DNA of 32,000 bases from Psychrobacter cryohalolentis K5 (GTDB lineage: Bacteria; Pseudomonadota; Gammaproteobacteria; Pseudomonadales; Moraxellaceae), in NCBI RefSeq assembly GCF_000013905.1, contig NC_007969.1, positions 1,620,001-1,652,000 on the forward strand. Reading direction: 5' to 3'. A program made the position numbers and the translations under genes. Of the stretch, positions 18,096-25,773 are shown piece by piece. The notes below the pieces were generated by a model. That model searched no databases, was not told where the DNA came from, and worked only from the letters and a program-made list of their open reading frames with translations. The stretch's first letter is position 1, and every line of letters starts with the position of its first letter.

Positions 18096-19006
18096 TATAG
18101 TTAAGTCTTTATAAAATCGATACAGCCCATATTATGAAACAGTTTAGGTAGATTATTCTCCATCCATCCTTGGCGTAGAAACTTAGCTTGTGCCCATTTC
18201 TTTTCAATGGGATTAAGATCAGGGCTATAGGGTGGTAGCCAAAGAATACGATGGCCATGTCTGTTCAGTAGTTTTTGAATACGTCTACTTTTATGAAACC
18301 GAGCGTTATCCATGATAATCACGCATTTAGTTTTGAGACTTGGAATTAGCGTGAACTTGCACCAGTCATAAAATATATGGCTGTTGATATTCTGTTCAAA
18401 GTAATCAAGCGCAAACAGCATTTTTTCATAGAGAGCACCGATGATATTAGTACGCTTTTTTGCTTGCCAGTTATAGCTATCTATACAGGGTTTTCCTATC
18501 GGTGCATAGCCGTAAGGTCTGATAGTTTCAGCCTCAAAGCCGCTCTCATCCATATAAACAATGGGATAGCCTTGCTGCATGAAACTATTAAGCTTACTCT
18601 GATACTTCGCTCTTTTGATCGGACAGGCTTTTGGGTGTTCCAAGGTCTTTTTTTGACTGATGCCAAGGCGCTTTAGAGCATTAAAAATTCCTGTCTTGCT
18701 ACAGCTCAAGCGGCGGGCTCTTTCATAGTTATAATCATCGGGATATCTTTTTACGTCTTCAATCAAGGCGTCATCAGGTATTTTAGTTGGTGCTTTATTT
18801 CTAGTTATTTTAGGGACTAAATTCTGCTGCCAGCTGTGAATGGTGCTGGTGCTAAGTCCATAAAATAGGGCAGCTTCTCGGATGGTCATGCCATCAGCGA
18901 TGCTAGAAAGCACCTGTTTGCGATAGTCTACTGAATAAGTCATCGTTTATTTCATTAAATGCGATTGTTAATAGGATTGTATCGGTTTTATTTGGATTAG
19001 ACTATA
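18096..19006 (-). mobile_element. IS630/Tc1-mariner-family insertion sequence (compact, about 0.9 kb)
   Basis: A single transposase ORF is flanked by imperfect terminal inverted repeats: 18096-18125 against the reverse complement of 18977-19006, about 22 of 30 matches. The termini are TATAG...CTATA, and TA dinucleotides at both junctions fit TA target duplication. The exact ends are ambiguous by 2 nt. Confidence 0.8.
18101..18943 (-). CDS. IS630-family DDE transposase
   Basis: N-terminal HTH (MTIREAALFYGLSTSTIHSWQ) and catalytic-core motifs YMDESGF, IIMDNARFH and LPPYSPDLNPIEKKW (DDE). The stop codon lies inside the terminal inverted repeat. Confidence 0.9.
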   Translation of the reverse strand: MTYSVDYRKQVLSSIADGMTIREAALFYGLSTSTIHSWQQNLVPKITRNKAPTKIPDDALIEDVKRYPDDYNYERARRLSCSKTGIFNALKRLGISQKKTLEHPKACPIKRAKYQSKLNSFMQQGYPIVYMDESGFEAETIRPYGYAPIGKPCIDSYNWQAKKRTNIIGALYEKMLFALDYFEQNINSHIFYDWCKFTLIPSLKTKCVIIMDNARFHKSRRIQKLLNRHGHRILWLPPYSPDLNPIEKKWAQAKFLRQGWMENNLPKLFHNMGCIDFIKT

Positions 19007-19447
19007 TAATCATGGAGCTCAAACAAATTGATAACTCAGCTATATCTTTTGATGTCGTTATAGAAGGTAAAAGATATGGAGTCATCGGCCGAAATTACAT
19101 TATGAACCAGCTATCACTTATGGCAAGGGCTTTGTAAGTAAAAAATATGTAAAGGCTGTTTATGCTTATTTGGATCTTAGTAGGAGTGTTCTATAAGTAT
19201 TCAGGTAATTCAAACCATTGGTCTATAGACGTATATTGAAGATTTCACTAGAGAATAAAACCAATCAGGCTCTCTTATTGGTTCGGTACCCTAGTGAGGA
19301 CTTGAATATCAAGCTGCAAGCTATTGATGTCAGTAGTCAAAATACTCATAGCAGCTCAGTGTACATAGCAGTGTACCTTTCAAGATGAAATGGCGGCATA
19401 TCCATCTTTTTAATTAGTCGCTGTACCTATTAAATATAAGGTCGCCT

Positions 19448-19996
19448 TTAAACCACCATATTCACACCGATAGCTATCAACACCAAACCGCCTAGAGCTT
19501 CTGCCCAACTGCCCAGCCATGTTCCTGACTTGCGTCCTATATAAGCGCCTAAGACACTTAAAACAGCTGTCGTGAGTGCAATAATTAAACATGCCAAATA
19601 AGCATTAACAGCCAACAGGTTTAACGTAAAACCTGCCCCCATCGCATCAAGACTCGTTGCTATAGCCAACGAAAGCAATGTTTTATGACTTAAATTGATC
19701 CGAGTCTCATCATTGTTAACGGAACGCGACTCATAGAGCATCTTAATTCCAAGAGCTACCAGTATGACAAAAGCAACCCAAGAAGCACCTTCAGCAAACC
19801 AGCCTAGCATGGTAGAGCCAAGCGCATAACCAATCAGCGGCATCACTCCCTGAGCAACCCCGAAATAGACACCAATGAGTAACGCCATTTTCATAAACTG
19901 CGAATTAACATCGCTTTTGTGAGTCGAGCCAAGACCGATTGAAGCCGCAAACGCATCCGCAGCGAGTGCCAGCGCCAATAATAGTACTTCTAACAT
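19448..19996 (-). CDS. mntP: MntP/YebN-family (DUF204) putative metal efflux protein
   Basis: [13 protein letters not shown] and the repeated half [11 protein letters not shown], with six TM segments in 182 aa. SD AAGGAA lies upstream. The start is 41 nt after the rcnR-like stop, so the two genes are probably co-transcribed. Confidence 0.8.
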
Positions 19997-20037
19997 GAAA
20001 AAATCGTTCCTTTTGAAATATTATTCTTCTTAGTTTT

Positions 20038-20322
20038 CTATTTCATATAAGTTTTTAGTATGGATAAGACGTCTTCTATCTCTTGTTGACGTTGTTGTTG
20101 GGTCATGTCTTCTGCTCCTAAATGCTCTTTTATATGCTCTTCTAAAACCTCCTTCATAAGACCGTTTACCGCCCCCTTTAATGCCGCTATTTGCTGCAAA
20201 AGAGCCATGCATTCAGGATCGCCTTCTAATGAAGCTTCTATTGCTACTGACTGACCTTTGATACGTCTGATACGTCTGATACGTCCTAGTAGCTTGCTCT
20301 TACTTTTTTGAGTATGTGACAT
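20038..20322 (-). CDS. rcnR: CsoR/RcnR/FrmR-family metal-sensing repressor, RcnR-like ligand fingerprint
   Basis: MSHT N-terminus (His3), RIRRIKGQ, EGDPEC (Cys), LLQQIAALKGAVNGLMKEVLEEHIKEH (H-x3-H). It resembles E. coli RcnR along its whole length. Confidence 0.85.
   Translation of the reverse strand: MSHTQKSKSKLLGRIRRIRRIKGQSVAIEASLEGDPECMALLQQIAALKGAVNGLMKEVLEEHIKEHLGAEDMTQQQRQQEIEDVLSILKTYMK
20261..20287. repeat. 9-bp tandem repeat x3 (GATACGTCT, GATACGTCT, GATACGTCC) inside the rcnR-like gene
   Basis: Read directly from the sequence. On the coding strand it encodes G-RIR-RIR-RI. Confidence 0.95.
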
Positions 20323-20342
20323 TATTTTTATTGTCTCATTTT

Positions 20343-20361
20343 ATACTGGGGGGGGTAGCAT
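20343..20361. promoter_or_regulatory. Candidate RcnR-type operator ATACT-G8-T-AGCAT in the rcnR / ynfA divergent intergenic region
   Basis: TACT (20344-20347), G8 (20348-20355), T, AGCA. The published E. coli RcnR site is TACT-G6-N-AGTA. This is the only G/C tract in an otherwise AT-rich 113-bp intergenic region. Confidence 0.6.
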
Positions 20362-20435
20362 ATTTATAGGATGCTTTTTATAGTGGTATGATAAACTCGA
20401 TCGCTGCATTATGGATGACTAAAGGAGTAAGTTTT

Positions 20436-20768
20436 TTGTCTGAATTAAAAACAGTTGGGCTTTTTGCTATTACTGCACTAGCAGAGATTGTAGGCTGTTA
20501 TTTGCCATACTTGTGGCTAAGAGAGGGTAAGTCAATATGGCTTCTTGTCCCTAGTGCGCTTAGTTTGGTTGCTTTTGTATGGTTACTGACTTTACATCCA
20601 ACCGCTGTTGGCAGAGTTTATGCCGCCTATGGTGGTGTGTATGTAACGATGGCAATCCTATGGTTATGGGCTGTTGATGGTATTCGACCAACGACATGGG
20701 ACATATTAGGTACATCAGTAGCACTTCTAGGCATGGCTATTATTATGTTTGCACCGCGCAACACATAG
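20436..20768 (+). CDS. ynfA: YnfA / UPF0060 family small membrane protein (SMR-like fold)
   Basis: [39 protein letters not shown] and [12 protein letters not shown] closely resemble E. coli YnfA. I prefer TTG 20436 (AAAGGAG lies 8 nt upstream) to the track ATG 20388; ATG 20415 is also possible. Confidence 0.8.
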   Translation: MSELKTVGLFAITALAEIVGCYLPYLWLREGKSIWLLVPSALSLVAFVWLLTLHPTAVGRVYAAYGGVYVTMAILWLWAVDGIRPTTWDILGTSVALLGMAIIMFAPRNT

Positions 20769-21195
20769 ACTATCAATCAAAGTTTACCGATACTGAGTGA
20801 TCCACTACATTATTAAAAAATAATATCCATTATATTGGATATACATATAGCTCGACAGGGATTCAAAAGGGTTTGGGCTATAAATCGCCAAGACAGGTAT
20901 GGTTTGACTTTTACCGTCAGGCTGCGTAACGGAAATCTCCCAAGTTAATGTCTACGGATTTGACAGCAGGAGTCATACAGCCGGACTCAAGTAAAGCAAC
21001 TTCCGATAAAGTCGGTGCAGTTCACTATCTGCCTTACCATTAAATAAATGAAGGCTTACCTCCCAGTTGTCACTAAACAGATTGGCTTTAGGAATAAAAA
21101 ATCTTACTCTAACATAGATATCAGTTTCACAAAGGAATGTATCTTGTTAGCACAGCGTTCATTTTTATTAGTTCATACATGATTGTCTCTCATAC

Positions 21196-22080
21196 CTAAT
21201 AAGCAGACTGCTTACCCCAATCATAGATACCACGTTTATAAGCGTAAATCAGCATAATTAAGCCAGCGATAATCATCGGTGCGCTTAATATTTGTCCTTT
21301 GGTCATCCAACCTAAAAGGATAAATCCTTGATCAGCATCTGGCTGACGGAAGAATTCAATGATAAAGCGGCTGATACCGTAGCCCAGTAAGAACACGGCA
21401 GAAGCGGCCATACGTGGACGCGGCTTTGATGAGTACCACCATAAAAAGATAAATAGCAGCAGACCTTCGGCGAAGGCTTCATATAGTTGCGATGGATGAC
21501 GAGGCAGTATGTACTGACCATTAACCTCAATCATTAATTCTTGCAATTGTGGATTGCTCTGTAATTGCTCCATATCAAAGGCAGCGGCTTGCGGAAAGTA
21601 GGTCAGCCAATTATAGCCACCGTCTGATACGCGCCCCCATAGTTCACCATTGATATAATTACCGATACGACCAAACAGTAAGCCAGTTGGCACGCAAGGA
21701 ACGATAAAATCGAATACTTGAAAGGTGGTTTTTTTGTATTTACGCGCAAAGAACCACATACCTAGCATGACGCCAATAAAGCCGCCGTGGAAAGACATAC
21801 CGCCTTCCCAAACCTTTAATAGGTATGCGGGGTTTTGTAGTAGCTCGCCGAATTGATAAAACAGCACATAGCCAATCCGACCGCCTAAAATAACGCCAAG
21901 CGCCCCATAAAAGACCAAATCAGACACCATATCGGTGGTCCAATTGTCGCGTTTGGTACTACGATACCAAGCCAGACCATAAGCGGCGGCAAATGCCAGC
22001 AGGTACATTAAACCATACCAGTTCACTTCTACTGGACCCAAAGACAGCGCAACGGGATCATACTGAGGATGAATCATCAT
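21196..22080 (-). CDS. lgt: Phosphatidylglycerol-prolipoprotein diacylglyceryl transferase
   Basis: It is collinear with E. coli Lgt: WYGLMYL, GGRIGYVLFY, GGMSFHGG, GNYINGELWGR, LPRHPSQLYE, EFFRQPD. The start is set at ATG 22080; the track start 22176 is a TTG adding 32 non-homologous residues. Confidence 0.92.
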   Translation of the reverse strand: MMIHPQYDPVALSLGPVEVNWYGLMYLLAFAAAYGLAWYRSTKRDNWTTDMVSDLVFYGALGVILGGRIGYVLFYQFGELLQNPAYLLKVWEGGMSFHGGFIGVMLGMWFFARKYKKTTFQVFDFIVPCVPTGLLFGRIGNYINGELWGRVSDGGYNWLTYFPQAAAFDMEQLQSNPQLQELMIEVNGQYILPRHPSQLYEAFAEGLLLFIFLWWYSSKPRPRMAASAVFLLGYGISRFIIEFFRQPDADQGFILLGWMTKGQILSAPMIIAGLIMLIYAYKRGIYDWGKQSAY

Positions 22081-22517
22081 AAAGGTATCATAATTATTGA
22101 TAATAAAATATTGGTCATAATAGCAAAATTCGACCCTTGCGAACACGACAGTCTGTTCAAAACAAAAGAGTGTCAACGATCATAACGTGGTGCTGGAATA
22201 AATATTTCGAAGCATCTGTTTGGCTTGCGCGCAGCAAGCGAAAAAAAATTATCCCAGCAATGTGATATTCTCCCTAAATCTAATCAACCAACTGAGGCGT
22301 GAATGCCTTTTATCTTTTTGAATAACCAAAAAACTATGGAGAAAAGTAGATTCGATGCATGTCACGAATATGGTCATTTGGTTAGAGGTATCTACAGCAT
22401 GATAATATCTGAAAGTTTCGTAGAACCGCTTGATCAAGACTTAGAGTCTAAAGCAGCTGAAACATGAATCCTACAATAAAATTTATGCTGATTAAATTAT
22501 TATGATTAAGTTTACTA

Positions 22518-24086
22518 TTACCCTCGTCTTCTAAGTGTGGTTAGACCTTGGCCAAAATAGCTTAGTAGTAATAACAGGGTTATTATTATCAAGATAGGAT
22601 AATTTCCCATAAGCATAAAGGGAGTGTTACCAACCCGTGCCTGTATCTCACCACGTAGTACAGTACGCTCAAACTGCGGTGCGCGTTTTACAATACGACC
22701 TTTATGGTTAATGATAGCGGTAACACCAGTATTGGTCGCTCGAATAAACCAGCGCCCGTTCTCAAGAGCGCGCATTTGTACCATTTGCAAATGTTGCAAT
22801 GGTCCTGCTGAAGTGCCAAACCAGGCATCGTTAGAGACGGTCAACAAAAAGTCAGTATCGATTGCATTTTTACGCGTGGTATCTGGATAAGCTACCTCAT
22901 AACAGATAGCCGTCCCTATATTGTGTCCACGCACCTGTAGCGGTGACTGCTGATCACTACCACGACTATAGCTCTTAATATCCTGACTACCGGCCAAACT
23001 TGGGAAAATATCGAGCACGCCTTCAAATGGAATATACTCTCCAAAAGGCACCAGACGCTGCTTCTTGTATAGGCCTTCCGCTTCTACACCTCGAGCAATC
23101 ACGCTATTGTAAAATGGGGGATACTTATCCGTACTGGCATTGAATGCCGCTTTATCCTTATAAGGGATACCAGTTATCCATGTCGTATTGGTCGCATTAG
23201 CCATTTCTATCATTTCACTAATAAAGCCCGCAGCCTCATCCTGAAACATCGGAATAGATGATTCAGGCCACACCACAACATCACGTCCCCACTCAGTGCG
23301 CGTTAACTTCGCATAAATCTTTAGCGTTTCTACTTGATATTGAGTCAGCCACTTTATATCTTGTGAAATATTACCTTGAATCAATGACACTGACAGATCA
23401 GGTGTGCCCTTAGGTTTTGTCCATTGCGGATTGACCAGCCATAATGATGTGCTAATGGCCAATAACAGTACAGAAACGACGGCATAACTACTGCGCCGAA
23501 GCAGTAGCTCTACTAAACTTGCAGCCAATAGTATGGCAACAAAAGAGACGGCAAAAACACCAGCAACGGGTGCTAAGGACGATAACCAATACTCTTCAGT
23601 AAACGCATAACCAACAAACAGCCACGGAAAGCCTGTGAATAACCAAGTTTTTAACCATTCTTGTAGCACCCAAAGAGCAGCAAATGAAAAGGGTTGTTTG
23701 CCTACCATACGGTTAAAGGCTAGTGCTAAAAATCCATGAAACAGTCCCATACCGAGACCCATCAATCCAATCATAATCAATGCGAGCCACGTTGGAGTAT
23801 CGCTATAATCATGGATAGCTGTATAGAGCCAAAAGCCGCCGACGCACCATAGCCCCATACCGTAAGCTTCACCGATAATAAAAGCGCGACGACCACTCAT
23901 ATTTGGCACCAACAGCGCATATAAAATCGCTGGTGACACTATTGCTAGCGGCCAGAACCCATAAGGCGATAATGCAAATAAAAAAATAGCCCCTGCAAGC
24001 CATGCTGCTACTAGCGTAAGCCATAGCGGTAATTGATTTAAGTGAGTACTCAAACGCTTTTGTAGACTAATAGTAGACAGGTGCAT
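22518..24086 (-). CDS. lnt: Apolipoprotein N-acyltransferase
   Basis: An N-terminal polytopic membrane domain is followed by a CN-hydrolase domain (VVWPESS, KQRLVPFGEYIP, ICYE with the catalytic Cys) and a C-terminal TM segment. Confidence 0.9.
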   Translation of the reverse strand: MHLSTISLQKRLSTHLNQLPLWLTLVAAWLAGAIFLFALSPYGFWPLAIVSPAILYALLVPNMSGRRAFIIGEAYGMGLWCVGGFWLYTAIHDYSDTPTWLALIMIGLMGLGMGLFHGFLALAFNRMVGKQPFSFAALWVLQEWLKTWLFTGFPWLFVGYAFTEEYWLSSLAPVAGVFAVSFVAILLAASLVELLLRRSSYAVVSVLLLAISTSLWLVNPQWTKPKGTPDLSVSLIQGNISQDIKWLTQYQVETLKIYAKLTRTEWGRDVVVWPESSIPMFQDEAAGFISEMIEMANATNTTWITGIPYKDKAAFNASTDKYPPFYNSVIARGVEAEGLYKKQRLVPFGEYIPFEGVLDIFPSLAGSQDIKSYSRGSDQQSPLQVRGHNIGTAICYEVAYPDTTRKNAIDTDFLLTVSNDAWFGTSAGPLQHLQMVQMRALENGRWFIRATNTGVTAIINHKGRIVKRAPQFERTVLRGEIQARVGNTPFMLMGNYPILIIITLLLLLSYFGQGLTTLRRRG

Positions 24087-24325
24087 CGCAAATTATCCAA
24101 AATTATGAGCCTTGAATTTTTAATCAAAATCCAAAACTCAGATAGACCCGTTAATACTACAGGCAGCATTTCAAAATAAAAACTGCTTATGATACCAGTC
24201 CGCACTGCTCAATGTATAAATTTACGTACCCCGTTTGATGGGTTATTATGCTACATTACCAAACGATATGAAGTGTTACTTGACCTTCTATAGCTCACAA
24301 TATCTACAGTACATGAGAGAGCACT

Positions 24326-24976
24326 ATGACCCCCTTAAAAATAAAATCCAGTCTTATATTCAATCGTCATCTGTCTAAGGGGTTGCGTGGTACGCTGGTG
24401 TTACTTGCCGCCTCATCACTATTTGCTTGTAGCCAACCGAGTAGTGGCGTATCTGATGCAAACACAACATCAGTAACAACCGAAAATGCAACAGCTATCA
24501 CTTTAAAGGAAGATGAACCAAACGCTAAAAGTGCTCACATGATGACAAGGTCAGTAAGTAAACCAGACCTACTAAAAAACGTCTCAGCTACGGTCTATAA
24601 AGATGCCAATTGCGGCTGCTGTAAAGAATGGATAAGTCATGCAGAAGATAATGGTCTAAGTGCAACCGCGCAAGATGTTGCGGACTTAGCCGTATTTAAA
24701 GAGCGCTACAGCGTTCCAACTGAGATGCGTTCTTGCCATACTGTAGTCACTACTGATGATTACGTCTTTGAAGGTCATGTACCTGCTAAGTATATGGCGC
24801 AGTTCTTAGAAAATCCGCCAGTACAAGCTATGGGTCTTGCCGTACCTGGCATGCCTGTTGGTAGCCCAGGTATGGAGTATCAAAATAAATTCATGCCCTA
24901 TCAGGTTATGCAGCTCAATAAAGACGGGACGACCCAAGTTTATGCTGATATTGAATCGGTAGAGCAGCAATTATAG
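24326..24976 (+). CDS. DUF411 / CopG-like metal-binding protein, probable lipoprotein
   Basis: Signal peptide with a lipobox-like SLFAC. The C-terminal domain has CGCC, SCHT, GHVP and GMPVGSPGME, typical of DUF411 copper-resistance-associated proteins. Confidence 0.75.
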   Translation: MTPLKIKSSLIFNRHLSKGLRGTLVLLAASSLFACSQPSSGVSDANTTSVTTENATAITLKEDEPNAKSAHMMTRSVSKPDLLKNVSATVYKDANCGCCKEWISHAEDNGLSATAQDVADLAVFKERYSVPTEMRSCHTVVTTDDYVFEGHVPAKYMAQFLENPPVQAMGLAVPGMPVGSPGMEYQNKFMPYQVMQLNKDGTTQVYADIESVEQQL

Positions 24977-25163
24977 TGTGTTAGCAGTTAAGAATACTTT
25001 GATTATAGTGTTAGCGTTAAAAGTAAATGAGGCAGGTATAAGACTGTTCTATTGCTTATAAAATGATTCTTCATCAAAAAAATCATTAGCTATTGCGACT
25101 TTAAAAGCAAAAATAACTTTGAATTTGTAACTTTTGATGACAATGTAAGCGGATTTATCGGTT

Positions 25164-25200
25164 ATTAACCCTTAAAATAGATAAATAATTAAGGGTTAAT
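25164..25200. repeat. Perfect 12-bp inverted repeat ATTAACCCTTAA / TTAAGGGTTAAT with a 13-nt spacer
   Basis: Read directly: arms at 25164-25175 and 25189-25200. Confidence 0.9.
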
Positions 25201-25342
25201 ACAAGAATATACAGGATGTATCGAAACAATTACGTAATATTACATAAGCCAGTAGGGAATTAACATCTATATTAATATTATAAATTATTATATTATCTTA
25301 ATAATTAGTTAGACCCTATATAGGGTAATTACTTCATCCAAT

Positions 25343-25399
25343 AAAAAAACGTCTGAGGGTTAAATCTATAATTTAGATTTAACCCTCAGACGTTTTTTT
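25343..25399. terminator. Strong bidirectional intrinsic terminator (A7, 19-bp stem, 5-nt loop, stem, T7)
   Basis: AAAAAAACGTCTGAGGGTTAAATCTA (25343-25368) is perfectly complementary to TAGATTTAACCCTCAGACGTTTTTTT (25374-25399). Confidence 0.85.
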
Positions 25400-25773
25400 G
25401 CTTATAAAACAGTAGAAATTGTTGTCAATTTAGTCAGCTATATTCTGTATATGTTACACAAACTTACATTGTAAAATGTGGAATATTAGCAATTTTTTCA
25501 ACATCAAAAAAGTATTTTTGGGGTTTTTAAGGGTGATGACAGGCTAAACAGCCTATGCTAAAGTCGGCTTTGTGTTTTGGCCAGCAGCTTGATTTGCAAC
25601 AGCTTCGTAAGACTTCAATGATGCTGTGATCGCCAATAATCATTTTTTATATGAATAATATGCAGCAGAAGTATCAGTCACTATGACGTATATATACTTG
25701 AGTTGTTGAAATTTAATTGACTGCGCTGTTGTTGATAACAGACCATTTTGAATTAACCGTAGGTATTAGATTT

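Noticed and set aside
19997-20037. Expected a yybP-ykoY Mn riboswitch in front of the MntP-family gene
   Set aside because: Only 41 nt separate the rcnR-like stop from the mntP start, and they contain just an SD. That is too short for the riboswitch, and no conserved riboswitch core is visible there or upstream of rcnR.
20348-20355. G8 homopolymer as a phase-variation switch
   Set aside because: A G8 run can slip, but its position between TACT and AGCA half-sites in front of an RcnR-family gene fits the known G-tract operator architecture better. I kept it as an operator candidate only.
20853-20880. TCGACAGGGATT resembles the TCGACGGGATT near the 5' end of tmRNA
   Set aside because: The following sequence does not continue the tmRNA pattern. 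There is no tag-peptide ORF and no tRNA-like 3' end with CCA, and the region is too short.
22223-22248. GC-rich hairpin plus A8 as a terminator between lnt and lgt
   Set aside because: On both strands the homopolymer is on the wrong side (an A-run after the stem on plus, a U-run before the stem on minus), so it does not fit an intrinsic terminator. It is mentioned only as an oddity.
3192-25773. N-terminal extensions of several track ORFs (starts at 3192, 3201, 6193, 11000, 11907, 12374, 14683, 20388, 22176, 25717)
   Set aside because: Several begin at TTG or GTG codons, and all add residues with no counterpart in homologous families. Internal ATG (or SD-supported TTG) starts give canonical N-termini. 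The exact starts remain unverified.
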